This document shows positions 19,884-29,093 of a stretch of 64,000 bases of DNA, piece after piece. The stretch lies in NCBI GenBank assembly GCA_026396175.1, contig JAPLXG010000006.1, positions 2,895 to 66,894 on the forward strand. Direction: 5' to 3'. Made by a program: the position numbers and the translations under genes. This stretch comes from Candidatus Moraniibacteriota bacterium (GTDB lineage: Bacteria; Patescibacteriota; Minisyncoccia; Moranbacterales; UBA2206). Each line of letters opens with the position of its first letter. Position 1 is the first letter of the stretch. A model generated the notes under the pieces. It was not told the DNA's origin and searched no databases. It saw only the letters and a program-made list of their open reading frames with translations.

Positions 19884-20819
19884 ATGGAAATCAAAGAACT
19901 CAAGACCCAATTTCTGGAATATTTGGAAATTGAGAAGGGTCGCTCACAAAAAACAATCGAAAACTACGACCACTACCTCAAGCGCTTTTTAGAGTGGGCA
20001 AAACTCTCAAAACCTGAGCAAATCACAGCGGAAGTGGTGCGTAATTTTCGCATTTATCTTAATCGCTATGAAGATGCGAATGGTCAGAAACTGAAAAAAG
20101 TTACCCAAGGGTTCTATGTGATTGCTATCCGCGGTTTTCTCAAGTTTTTGGCCAAAAGGGACATTCAGACGCTTCAAGCGGAAAAGATTGAGATGGGAAA
20201 GGCGGTAACGCGCGAAGTTGATTTCTTGGAAATGGACGAAGTGGAGCGGATTTTAGCCGCAGCGGATGGAACAGATCTGAAAAGTCTTCGTGATCGAGCG
20301 ATTTTAGAGCTTCTTTTCTCAGCCGGACTGCGGGTTTCCGAGTTGACAGACATCAATCGCGAGAAAATTGACCTCAAAGGGCGAGAACTAAGTGTACGAG
20401 GCAAGGGTGACAAAGTGCGGGTGGTGTTTATCTCCGATTCCGCCTCGCAGGCAATAAGACGTTATTTGGACAAAAGGACAGACGTTGACCCAGCGCTATT
20501 CGTGCGAGATGTTGCCGGACTCAAGAAATTTGAAGGTAAAAATACAAAGAAAGAGGCTAATAACTTAAGGCTAACTCCCAGATCGGTCCAAAGAATCGTC
20601 AAATACTACGCCGTGAAGGCGGGAATAGTCAAAGATGTCCATCCACACACACTCAGGCATTCTTTTGCCACTGATCTTCTCATCAATGGCGCCGATATTC
20701 GCTCAGTGCAAGCCATGCTTGGCCATTCTTCAATCACAACCACGCAGGTTTATACCCATGTTACCAACAAACAGCTCAAAGAAGTCCATCAGGCGTTTCA
20801 TTCGAGGAGGAAGAAATAA
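19884..20819 (+). CDS. xerC: tyrosine site-specific recombinase, XerC/XerD family
   Basis: 311 aa; catalytic box HTLRHSFATDLL ... TQVYTHV. Confidence 0.8.
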   Translation: MEIKELKTQFLEYLEIEKGRSQKTIENYDHYLKRFLEWAKLSKPEQITAEVVRNFRIYLNRYEDANGQKLKKVTQGFYVIAIRGFLKFLAKRDIQTLQAEKIEMGKAVTREVDFLEMDEVERILAAADGTDLKSLRDRAILELLFSAGLRVSELTDINREKIDLKGRELSVRGKGDKVRVVFISDSASQAIRRYLDKRTDVDPALFVRDVAGLKKFEGKNTKKEANNLRLTPRSVQRIVKYYAVKAGIVKDVHPHTLRHSFATDLLINGADIRSVQAMLGHSSITTTQVYTHVTNKQLKEVHQAFHSRRKK

Positions 20820-20903
20820 GACGTCAGGGGCTTGATTTTTTTAATACGACCAATTACAATAGAAAGATAATATTATTGTGAAAAGGGTTGTTGCTCTTTG
20901 ACA

Positions 20904-20933
20904 AAAATCTGTTAGAAAACGACAGATTTTTTT
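20904..20933. terminator. hairpin AAAAATCTGT TAGAAAACG ACAGATTTTTTT after xerC
   Basis: 10-bp stem with flanking A and T runs. Confidence 0.55.
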
Positions 20934-20960
20934 GCTTTTAAATCCAATTAAGGAGGGGTC

Positions 20961-21206
20961 ATGAAAAAATTTACGAATAATCGGCTCAGGACAAAAGGGG
21001 CAATTGACGAGATCATTGTCTTTTTGTCAGATAGCCAAGTGGGATTTTCTGAATTACCACCGGAAGTAAAGCTTGACCTGTCAATGAAGTTTTTTCAATG
21101 TGAGAAGGGAAGGCTTCAAAAGGGCAAAATTTATGTGGATTTTTTTGCACATCTAGTACCTCTCACAGTTTCTCTCGCTGCGATGTTCTTCTCTCTCAAA
21201 AAATAG
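20961..21206 (+). CDS. hypothetical small protein
   Basis: 81 aa; RBS AAGGAGGGGTC before ATG. Confidence 0.4.
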   Translation: MKKFTNNRLRTKGAIDEIIVFLSDSQVGFSELPPEVKLDLSMKFFQCEKGRLQKGKIYVDFFAHLVPLTVSLAAMFFSLKK

Positions 21207-21291
21207 GTTGCAAAAGAGATAATCGGGATGGGCTAAACGTTGCCCATCCCGTTTTATTATAAATAAAAAAAGATGCTTTAGAAAAATTTGA

Positions 21292-22047
21292 TTAATCCGT
21301 TATAATCGCTTTCCACATAAATTCAAAAAGTTCTTTGTGCAGGCGGATGATGTTTTTGTTTTCAATTACCATGGCGATAACCGGTGGGGTGGTTTGGTGG
21401 ATCAGGATTTTATTTGGCGCAATAGTGATGGAAGCTGAGAGCTGCATATCTTTTGGAAAAATCTTGATTTGCATATTATAGATCGCTTCGTTTTGTTTAT
21501 ATTTTCTGGCAATTTCTGAATCCTGGAGCAATAGGCGATTGTTGAGTTTTTTCTGCGCGCGCTTTTCCACGAAATTTTCAAAAAATCTTTGGTCTTCCGA
21601 CATCCATTTGGCGGAATCGCTGATCACCCAATAATCCTCTCCGAATTTCACTTCAGAAAGCAGATCTAAATGGATATTTTTCACCGCTTCCACGCCTTCA
21701 TAGTATTTAATGAGACTACTTCCACCTTCGGCGCTGTAGAGCGCCTTGAAATCAACCAGTGATTCTTGCAGCTCCTTTTTCTTATTATCCATTATTCTTT
21801 CCAATTTTTCCGGATTTTCCGCGGAAAAAAAGGTTTTCCAGCCGATCTGTTCGACTTTCATGAGGCCCAATTGCTTTAATGCTTCAACCGCTGAATAGAC
21901 AGTGGTTCTTTTGACTTCCGAGGATTTGGAAATGGCCAAAATAGTGGTTTTACCCAGAGATAGCGCGTTCAAATAGACTAGCGCTTCATTGTCGCTAAGT
22001 CCCAAATTAAGCAGTACTTTATATAGTTTATTGTCCATATTGGGCAT
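21292..22047 (-). CDS. TrmB-family HTH transcriptional regulator
   Basis: N-terminal wHTH (LSDNEALVYLNALSLG ... KRTTVYSAVEAL) plus TrmB C-terminal domain; paralog at 58294-59040. Confidence 0.7.
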   Translation of the reverse strand: MPNMDNKLYKVLLNLGLSDNEALVYLNALSLGKTTILAISKSSEVKRTTVYSAVEALKQLGLMKVEQIGWKTFFSAENPEKLERIMDNKKKELQESLVDFKALYSAEGGSSLIKYYEGVEAVKNIHLDLLSEVKFGEDYWVISDSAKWMSEDQRFFENFVEKRAQKKLNNRLLLQDSEIARKYKQNEAIYNMQIKIFPKDMQLSASITIAPNKILIHQTTPPVIAMVIENKNIIRLHKELFEFMWKAIITD

Positions 22048-22049
22048 TA

Positions 22050-22066
22050 TGTCCGATAATCGGACA
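22050..22066. promoter_or_regulatory. candidate operator palindrome TGTCCGATAATCGGACA at the start of the TrmB regulator gene
   Basis: Perfect 17-bp palindrome 3 nt downstream of the minus-strand ATG at 22047. Confidence 0.35.
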
Positions 22067-22112
22067 ACTATTATTATCTTATATTAAAGCAATAAATTAG
22101 TCAATATATTTC

Positions 22113-22122
22113 TTTGTCGACA
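22113..22122. promoter_or_regulatory. TTTGTCGACA motif upstream of TrmB paralog 1 (also TTTGTCGACAAA at 59058-59069 upstream of paralog 2)
   Basis: Shared palindromic GTCGAC-centred motif in both TrmB upstream regions. Confidence 0.35.
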
Positions 22123-22282
22123 TATATGACATAAGAGCGGTTTTGATATATACTAAGCAGTTACGATGAAATAACGAGTGAACCTTAAAAACTTAATAAA
22201 AAATCGCAAAGGCCCGGGCTACCAACGCTGGTAGTTGGTCGGGAGCTACACTGGCGATAAAAATTAAAAAAGGAGCAGGAAA

Positions 22283-22798
22283 ATGAAAAAACTCAAAATT
22301 CTAGTAGTCGATGACAATCAGAAACACCTGGATTCAGCCCTGGCTACTCTCAAAGATCACAATGTTACAATTTGTAATAATTATGATGAAGCTGTAAATC
22401 TCTTAGAGGGTCAGTATGTTGATCCCAAAGGAAAGTCTTGCTATTCATTTGAGGAGGGAGCAAAAGCACTTCCTTATTGGGATGCTGTGCTATGCGATCT
22501 TCTTATGCCAGCCGGAGAAAATGAACAAGGCCCACGAGGCATGAGATATGTCGGTCAAGAGATGCCAGTTGGATGGGCGTTAGCGTTATCTGCTGCTTTC
22601 AAGGGGGCAAAATATGTCGCCGTGGTCACTGATATGAACCATCACAATCATCCTGCAAGTGCTCTATTGGATGGATTAAAGGGAAAAGTTATCAAGGTAG
22701 AAGGTGCTAAGGTTTTAATGACCAACAATCCCCGCTTTATTGGTGTCGGTGGAGCAAAAGACTGGGGCATGGTCCTGCAGAAAATTATTGATAAATAA
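22283..22798 (+). CDS. standalone, atypical response-regulator receiver (REC) domain protein
   Basis: KILVVDDN ... LCDLLMP acidic pocket; no output domain. Confidence 0.55.
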   Translation: MKKLKILVVDDNQKHLDSALATLKDHNVTICNNYDEAVNLLEGQYVDPKGKSCYSFEEGAKALPYWDAVLCDLLMPAGENEQGPRGMRYVGQEMPVGWALALSAAFKGAKYVAVVTDMNHHNHPASALLDGLKGKVIKVEGAKVLMTNNPRFIGVGGAKDWGMVLQKIIDK

Positions 22799-23046
22799 TC
22801 CTTGGGGGGTTTCCGTAAATAGTAGGGCAAAAAAATCCAAAATGTATTACGCAGTGGAGATGTCGGAGATCTCCGCTAAACCTGAGCCGAATTTGTTAAC
22901 ACACAAATTCGGCTCCATTTCTGAAATCATTTCAATGGCGAAGTGGTTTCAGAGAATGGAAGAAGTTCATTAAAAACTTAATAAAAAAATCACTGAAAAA
23001 CTGTTCCCCGCTACCGAGGGATATGTCGGAGAAGAAGGAGAGAAAA

Positions 23047-23430
23047 ATGAAAGAAATGACAAAGTTAATTTGTACTCTTAGTTTAACCGGTAAAGTTTGT
23101 GAAGTACGGGAAGTCTCAGTTGACGCAAATCCTTGGAAAATTTTTTCCGAGGTTTGTGATGTCGAGGACAGGGAAAAGAGTTATTTCACGTCGAAGGAGA
23201 TTAATCAATTCATTCGGAAGTATCCCCAATGGATTGGAGAAGAAAAAACTTTTTTTCTCTACAAGGACTGTAGTCCTGATGGAAAAAAGTGTAATTTTCT
23301 CGTAAAGATTGTCTGGATGGAAAAGGAGGAGGTTAGATTGGATACAATCAGATTCCTTGACTATGACGTTTGGAGTATCTTTTCCTATATCGGAGAGGAA
23401 AGAGCGAGGGTCGTAGCAGTAGTTAAATGA
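23047..23430 (+). CDS. hypothetical protein
   Basis: RBS GAAGGAGAG before ATG 23047 (listed ORF starts at 23023); rho-independent terminator follows. Confidence 0.45.
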   Translation: MKEMTKLICTLSLTGKVCEVREVSVDANPWKIFSEVCDVEDREKSYFTSKEINQFIRKYPQWIGEEKTFFLYKDCSPDGKKCNFLVKIVWMEKEEVRLDTIRFLDYDVWSIFSYIGEERARVVAVVK

Positions 23431-23488
23431 CTCTATAAAAAGCGGAATGATATCAGCGCATATCATTCCGCTAACCACAAAAAAACAA

Positions 23489-23531
23489 AGCGGAAAGCTT
23501 ATCATAGCTCTCCGCTTTTTTATTTTTTGAT
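23489..23531 (+). terminator. rho-independent terminator
   Basis: GCGGAAAGCT TATCAT AGCTCTCCGC TTTTTTATTTTTT; preceded by a second 13-bp hairpin at 23441-23470. Confidence 0.7.
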
Positions 23532-23588
23532 TTGAATTGTGGGATCAGTCCCGCCTCGGCGGGACGACCAAGTGAATGGTGAATATAG

Positions 23589-23661
23589 TGGGACCAGCTG
23601 GATTCGAACCAGCGACCAAGAAATTATGAGTTTCCTGCTCTAACCGCTGAGCTATGGTCCC
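23589..23661 (-). tRNA. tRNA with anticodon CAU (Met or lysidine-Ile)
   Basis: Cloverleaf: GGGACCA acceptor, GCTCAGCGGTTAGAGC D-arm, CUCAUAA anticodon loop, GGTTCGAATCC T-arm. Confidence 0.8.
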
Positions 23662-23670
23662 GATTTTTTT

Positions 23671-23738
23671 GTGGGCGTGAGAGGACTCGAACCTCTGAAA
23701 CCTCTACAATGTCAATGTAGCGCTCTAACTTCACCCCA
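23671..23738 (-). pseudogene. tRNA-Val(GAC)-like partial tandem copy, probable pseudogene
   Basis: Shares the 27-nt anticodon arm (AGAGCGCTACATTGACATTGTAGAGG) and T-loop with the neighbouring tRNA-Val, but the D-arm is deleted and the acceptor strands cannot pair canonically. Confidence 0.4.
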
Positions 23739-23757
23739 CACCATTTTTTTAAAACTG

Positions 23758-23831
23758 TGGGTCTGTCCAGACTCGAACTGGAGACCTCTACAATGTCAAT
23801 GTAGCGCTCTAACCAACTGAGCTACAGACCC
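23758..23831 (-). tRNA. tRNA-Val (anticodon GAC)
   Basis: Clean cloverleaf GGGTCTG..CAGACCC, anticodon loop TTGACAT. Confidence 0.85.
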
Positions 23832-23875
23832 AAAAAATGGTGTGGGGCAAGACTGAGCTACACGCCCGATATTAT

Positions 23876-24115
23876 TTATTTCCCCTTCTCCCTCCGGGAG
23901 AAGGTGGCTGAAAGCCGGATGAGGGTTCTTTCAATAGTTGACCATCTACTCATTTATAACAACATTTTCCTTTTTATCAACGTCCCTTCCCTCACCTGTC
24001 ACGAGTACGTGACATCCTCTCCCTAAGGGAGAAGAGGCATTGAAAAAACTGTTCCGTAGCCTCACCTGTCCTTCGGACATCCTCTCCCGAGGGGAGAGGA
24101 GGATATCTCGCGAGA
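23876..24115. repeat. Family B composite palindromic repeat (diverged, with an extra arm)
   Basis: GGGAGAAGGTGGCTGAAAGCCGGATGAGGG ... CCCTCACCTGTCACGAGTACGTGACATCCTCTCCC ... CCTCACCTGTCCTTCGGACATCCTCTCCCGAGGGGAGAGGAGG. Confidence 0.6.
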
Positions 24116-24161
24116 TTATCGAACTTGTTTAGCCTACCGTAAAAAACCATCCCCGTCAAAA

Positions 24162-25163
24162 CTATTTCTCCGTTTCAAGCTCAGTTGTCTTTATCGTTTC
24201 CGTTGCAGGTAAAATTGCCGCTTTTTCTTCTTCAGAAATCTTTTCTTCAACCTTCTCTTTTTCTTTCGGTGTCGCAATGACGTGAAAAAACAAAACCCAG
24301 GCGACTTCGGAAAAAGCACTGAAGATGGAATAGAAAAGAATGGCTGCCGGAATGAAAACTAAAAGTCCCAAAATGATGGCAATAATTGCTCCGGTATTTT
24401 TGAGGGCGAAAAATAAAACTAAACCGATGAGTCCAAAAACAATCAGCACTGCCAGGGCGATTGCGATAAGGACGAGAAAAGAAAGGATGCCAAGCGGAAT
24501 GAAGAGTAGCGACATAATTATGCTGGCCAAAATATTTTTTTTGAAAAGCGCGTAGGCGTTTTCTACGGCAAGCCAAGGCCGTAGATCAGCCAGAACTGCA
24601 TAGAAAGAAGCATAGACTTGCAAGTATTTGCACAAAATGAGCAGTGGAATGAGAATCAAAACTGCCAGAAAGGCTAGGATTCCTCCGATGATGTAGGCTT
24701 TTGCGACAAATAGAATTATGATGGGGATAGCTAGGATGATGATGCAGGCAAATACTGCTAATCCGGAAAAAAAGAGAATAGAAAATAGTTTCCAAAAATA
24801 TTTTTTGCCATCGCGAAAACCGGACATAAAACCAGCCGGTTCATTTTTTAGGATTTTTTGGGTGGATTTAATTAGTGCTCCCCTGCTGATAAAGCCCAGA
24901 ACAAGAAAAACTAAAAAGAGGATTGCTAAGATTCCAATGATGGTAGCGATCAGTGCTGCGTGTTTTGAGATGAAATCTTGCAGATGGACTTTCTCGGCGG
25001 CGGCTTGCCAGCTTTCTTTCGACTGCTTATCGCTAGTGGAAAAATAGTTGGGATTGGAAATTCCTGGCATAAGGAGGAATAATCCAAACCACCACAAAAA
25101 GCGGTTTTTCCAAGTGATTTTCCACGCGTCGCGGAAAATTTTTAGGTAATCGATGTTTGGCAT
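24162..25163 (-). CDS. polytopic membrane protein, unknown function
   Basis: Start at ATG ~25163; the upstream 72 nt of the listed ORF are repeat-derived. Confidence 0.5.
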   Translation of the reverse strand: MPNIDYLKIFRDAWKITWKNRFLWWFGLFLLMPGISNPNYFSTSDKQSKESWQAAAEKVHLQDFISKHAALIATIIGILAILFLVFLVLGFISRGALIKSTQKILKNEPAGFMSGFRDGKKYFWKLFSILFFSGLAVFACIIILAIPIIILFVAKAYIIGGILAFLAVLILIPLLILCKYLQVYASFYAVLADLRPWLAVENAYALFKKNILASIIMSLLFIPLGILSFLVLIAIALAVLIVFGLIGLVLFFALKNTGAIIAIILGLLVFIPAAILFYSIFSAFSEVAWVLFFHVIATPKEKEKVEEKISEEEKAAILPATETIKTTELETEK

Positions 25164-25303
25164 AACGTTATTCGCTTCACTGTTATTCGCTTCGCGAACC
25201 GGCGCTACGAATGCCGGACATACGAATTGAATCAATACTTTTAAATTCTATACAATAGGGATTACTCTTTTGTAAATTTTCTAGCTTGCTTTAAAAAATA
25301 GAT

Positions 25304-25442
25304 GTCATCCTGAGCGTAGCGTAGCGGAGTCGAAGGATCTGCCTTAGGTTATCGTTGGCGTTATTATAAATCGCAAAAATTATGGATTATCGAGAGCAGA
25401 TCCTTCGACTGCGTCCGAGTACGGACTTCGCTCAGGATGACA
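25304..25442. repeat. Family A MITE-like palindromic element
   Basis: TGTCATCCTGAGCGTAGCGTAGCGGAGTCGAAGGATCTGCC ... GCAGATCCTTCGACTGCGTCC...CTTCGCTCAGGATGACA. Confidence 0.75.
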
Positions 25443-25449
25443 ATCTATA

Positions 25450-27405
25450 TTAGCTTGTTTTTACTTCAATTGTCTCGGTTTTTTCTTCTGCAGTTTCTGT
25501 GACTGCTTCAACCGGTTCTACTATAACAGCTTCACCCCCGCCTGCAACGCTATGCGTAGCATTGCGGGCAGGCTCGTTCTTCTTTGCTGGCGCAATCCCC
25601 ATAATTTCATTAAACTCAGCTTGTTCAATTGTTTCTTTTTCTAAAAGGACATTGGAGATTTTATCCAGCAGATCCTTTTTGTCAATAAGAATTTTTTCCG
25701 CCACCTTATAGGCATCAGCGATGAACTTAGTGACTTGATTGTCGATTTCTCTGGCGGTTTCTTCGGAATAATTTTTTTCTTCGTGCATTTCTTTGCCCAA
25801 AAAGACCATTTCTTCTTTATGTCCGAAAGTGCGTGGTCCCAAATCGCTCATACCATAGCGCGTGACCAGGTTTCTGGCAATCGCTGTTGCTCGCTCCAGG
25901 TCATTGGAAGCGCCAGTAGTGATGTCGCCAAAAGTCAACCTTTCACTGAGATATCCGCCCAAAAAGACGGAAAGCTCGTCGATGAAATAATTGCGTGAGT
26001 GGAGCGTCTTATCTTTAGTTGGCGCATTTAAGGTATATCCTCCAGCATTACCACGAGAAATGATCGAGATTTTTTGCACTGGATCGGCGTGTTTCAGGGT
26101 GGATGCGATAAGGGCGTGACCAGCTTCGTGGTAAGCGATGATTTTCTTTTCATCTTCGTCAATACGACGGCTTTTTCTTTCCGGCCCAAGAATAACCTTT
26201 TCGATTGATTCAGCGAGTTCGTTCATTCCGATAGTTTTTTTGCCACGTCTTGCGGAAAGAATCGCGGCTTCATTGAGCAAGTTGGCAAGATCAGCTCCCG
26301 AAAAGCCTGGTGTTCTTTGAGCAATCACGCGCAAATCAACATCTTTGACCAATGGTTTATTTTTGGAATGAATTTTGAGGATTGCTGAGCGTTCTTCGAT
26401 ATCAGGCAAATCCATTACCACTCGGCGATCAAATCGGCCCGGGCGAAGCAGGGCCGGGTCAAGTACATCGGGACGATTGGTTGCGGCAATCACGATTACA
26501 TTAGTATTAGTATCGAAACCATCCATCTCCACTAGAATTTGATTGAGAGTTTGTTCTCGTTCGTCGTGTCCTCCGCCCAGTCCCGCTCCGCGGTGTCGTC
26601 CAACTGCGTCAATCTCATCAATAAAAACAATGGCGGGCGAATTTTTCTTGGCTTGCTTGAAAAGATCACGCACACGCGATGCGCCAACTCCCACGAACAT
26701 TTCCACGAATTCTGAGCCAGAAATATTGAAAAATGGCACATTCGCCTCCCCTGCTACCGCTTTGGCGATTAGAGTCTTACCTGTTCCTGGAGAACCCAAA
26801 AGTAAAACGCCTTTGGGAATTTTTGCGCCAAGACTCAAGAATTTCTTAGGAGTTTTGAGAAATTCCACAATTTCATAGAGTTCTTCCTTGGCTTCCTTGG
26901 CTCCCGCAACATCATTGAAAACGACACGATTTTTTTTATCCTTCGGGTCAGAAACGCGCGCCTTGGACATTCCAAAGGACAACGCTTGATTATTCCCTCT
27001 TTGCGCTTGGCGCAACATAAACCAAATAAATCCGGCAATCAGCAGGAACGGCAAAAGGAAAGGCAAAATTGCTCCCAGCCAAAGACTGCTTGAGCTTTCT
27101 CCTTTAACTACAATGTTAACGCTATCAAGTTTTGCCGGGTCTACGCCGTAATTTTTGAAAGTTTCAGTTAGTCCCGCCTCTTTTTCTTTCAGTGACTTTT
27201 CGATAGTTCCGTCAGTCATAATAACATTCAAATCGCTATCAGTAACATCAATTTCCTTAACCTTTTGGTCATTAATTTGCGCGACCAGTGTGGAAAGGGA
27301 AATATCGGCCGGTTTCTTTTCTGGATTGTTGAGAAGAATCAGAATGCCCGAGAGGAAAACAAAGAAAAATAAGACATAGCTAATATTGCGCAAGAGATTT
27401 TTCAT
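25450..27405 (-). CDS. ftsH: ATP-dependent zinc metalloprotease FtsH
   Basis: Walker A GSPGTGKT; HEAGHA zinc site; C-terminal tail carries the palindrome-derived [13 protein letters not shown]. Confidence 0.9.
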   Translation of the reverse strand: MKNLLRNISYVLFFFVFLSGILILLNNPEKKPADISLSTLVAQINDQKVKEIDVTDSDLNVIMTDGTIEKSLKEKEAGLTETFKNYGVDPAKLDSVNIVVKGESSSSLWLGAILPFLLPFLLIAGFIWFMLRQAQRGNNQALSFGMSKARVSDPKDKKNRVVFNDVAGAKEAKEELYEIVEFLKTPKKFLSLGAKIPKGVLLLGSPGTGKTLIAKAVAGEANVPFFNISGSEFVEMFVGVGASRVRDLFKQAKKNSPAIVFIDEIDAVGRHRGAGLGGGHDEREQTLNQILVEMDGFDTNTNVIVIAATNRPDVLDPALLRPGRFDRRVVMDLPDIEERSAILKIHSKNKPLVKDVDLRVIAQRTPGFSGADLANLLNEAAILSARRGKKTIGMNELAESIEKVILGPERKSRRIDEDEKKIIAYHEAGHALIASTLKHADPVQKISIISRGNAGGYTLNAPTKDKTLHSRNYFIDELSVFLGGYLSERLTFGDITTGASNDLERATAIARNLVTRYGMSDLGPRTFGHKEEMVFLGKEMHEEKNYSEETAREIDNQVTKFIADAYKVAEKILIDKKDLLDKISNVLLEKETIEQAEFNEIMGIAPAKKNEPARNATHSVAGGGEAVIVEPVEAVTETAEEKTETIEVKTS

Positions 27406-27444
27406 AGATTTGTGTTATATATAAATTAATATTATCTACGGTTT

Positions 27445-27490
27445 TTAATTCGTATGTCCCCCGTTCGTAGCGGGGGTCCGAGAAGCGGAT
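27445..27490. repeat. Family H repeat ATGTCCCCCGTTCGTAGCGGGGGTCCGAGAAGCGGATAAC (also 25163-25215 and 29030-29100)
   Basis: The 29030-29100 copy carries a family D palindrome nested in its centre. Confidence 0.6.
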
Positions 27491-28428
27491 AACGTAAGTT
27501 TATCACCTCTTCGCGTCATTTTCAATCCAGCGCCGGAGACGACTTGATTTTTGTTTTTTGTGCTTTTGAGGGCTTTTAGAATTTCTTCAATTTGATTAAA
27601 ATTTTCCTGAATACTCTCTGACTTCTTTTCGGCAAGTGCACGTTGCAAAACTCTTTTTTGAATCGCCACTGGTAGCGCGAGAATTTTTTTAGCACTCAAT
27701 TTTTTATTTTCCAGCCAAGCTTTTTCGGTTGCATCTTCAATCACCGCATAATCTTCCGAAAAAGTTTTCGCACTCTTGGCCAGCACAAGTTTTACGTTTG
27801 GATTGAAATTTTTTTCGAGATATGGAATCAGTTTATTTCGAATCTTATTTCGCAGATAAATCGATTCTCTATTTGTCTTGTCAATTCGATAATTTAATTT
27901 ATTTGATTTTAAATAATCAATAATTTCTTTGCGAGTTGTGTCGAGTAGTGGGCGGATAATTTTTCCATTTTTTGCGTTCATTGCCGAAAGACCCGCAAGG
28001 CCTGTTCCACGAATCAGTCGCATCAAAACCGTTTCCGCTTGATCGTCGCAGTTGTGCGCTACAGCGATGAAATCAAATTTATTTTCTTTGCGGACTTCTT
28101 CAAGAAAAGCATAACGAACATCTCGTAATTTTTCTTCTGATTTATTTCCGCTTTCGATTTTAGCGTCAAGAATATCCAGTGATAGTTTATATTTTTCTGC
28201 TAACTTCTCCACGAAGTGCTCATCTTGATCGCTATCATATCCTCGCAAATGATAATTGACATGAGCGATGGATAATTCTAAGCCGTATTTTTTTTGTAGT
28301 TTGAAAAATACAGAGAGCAAACAAGTTGAATCCGGTCCCCCGGAAACCCCCAAAACAATTTTTGCACCGTGCCCAAAAAGTGAATTGGCAAAAATATAAT
28401 TTTGGATTTTTTTGATTAAGTTAGGCAT
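27445..28428 (-). CDS. tilS: tRNA(Ile)-lysidine synthetase
   Basis: PP-loop SGGPDS; the last ~11 codons are supplied by the ATGTCCCCCGTTCG repeat. Confidence 0.85.
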   Translation of the reverse strand: MPNLIKKIQNYIFANSLFGHGAKIVLGVSGGPDSTCLLSVFFKLQKKYGLELSIAHVNYHLRGYDSDQDEHFVEKLAEKYKLSLDILDAKIESGNKSEEKLRDVRYAFLEEVRKENKFDFIAVAHNCDDQAETVLMRLIRGTGLAGLSAMNAKNGKIIRPLLDTTRKEIIDYLKSNKLNYRIDKTNRESIYLRNKIRNKLIPYLEKNFNPNVKLVLAKSAKTFSEDYAVIEDATEKAWLENKKLSAKKILALPVAIQKRVLQRALAEKKSESIQENFNQIEEILKALKSTKNKNQVVSGAGLKMTRRGDKLTLSASRTPATNGGHTN

Positions 28429-28984
28429 TTACGTTCTTAATAATTTCAGCAACTTTCTGAATTGTTTCTTCCAATTTTCCTTCTTCATTAACCACCTTGT
28501 AATCGTAGATGTTTTCATGTTGCATCCATTCTTTTGTATATTCCATCCTTTCGTCAAGATACTGGTCAGAAACAGATGGATCGCGACGCATGATTCTTCG
28601 ACGCAGAACCTCTAGCGATGGCGGAGCAATGTAAATTGATTTGATTTCAGGAAATTTAGTTTTGGCTGTCATCACGCCTTTGTATTCAATTTTCCATAGT
28701 CCGATTTTCCTAGAGTTTTCTACCCGGGCTAATTCTTCTTTGGTCACGCCATAGAAGTTGTTATTATATTCTTGTGCCCACTCAGCCAATGCATCATTTT
28801 TTATTTTCTCTTCAAACTCTCCTTTGGAAATAAAATAGTAATTAACTCCGTGAACTTCTCCCGGGCGTATTTTTCTTGTTGTGGATGTTACTATTTTTTC
28901 AATGGGCAGAATTTTTTTAAGTCCTTCGATAACACTATCTTCTCCGGCACCAGAAGGGCCGGAAATAATAAAGATATTAGACAT
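28421..28984 (-). CDS. gmk: guanylate kinase
   Basis: P-loop GPSGAGE; 187 aa. Confidence 0.85.
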   Translation of the reverse strand: MSNIFIISGPSGAGEDSVIEGLKKILPIEKIVTSTTRKIRPGEVHGVNYYFISKGEFEEKIKNDALAEWAQEYNNNFYGVTKEELARVENSRKIGLWKIEYKGVMTAKTKFPEIKSIYIAPPSLEVLRRRIMRRDPSVSDQYLDERMEYTKEWMQHENIYDYKVVNEEGKLEETIQKVAEIIKNVNA

Positions 28985-29093
28985 AAGTTTTGAAAAATAA
29001 ATTTATTGTGTAGTTTTCCAAAATATTGATTCGCATGTCCCCCATTCGCCTGCCTGCCGGTAGGCAGGTAGTGGGGGTTCGCGAAGCGAATAA

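Noticed and set aside
19884-20819. xerC-like tyrosine recombinase as the integrase of an integrated mobile element
   Set aside because: No flanking direct repeats, tRNA target or phage or transfer genes nearby. Neighbours are housekeeping. Most likely the chromosomal dimer-resolution Xer recombinase typical of small genomes.
22200-22260. Hairpin GGGCTACCAACGCTGGTAGTTGGTCGGGAGC upstream of the REC-domain gene as a riboswitch or attenuator
   Set aside because: Only a short imperfect stem. No recognisable riboswitch consensus. Left unannotated.
23560-23580. GTCCCGCCTCGGCGGGAC hairpin (also 48582-48602) as a distinct repeat family or terminator
   Set aside because: Only two short copies seen, both next to tRNA genes. 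Possibly processing or terminator hairpins, but there is too little evidence to call a family.
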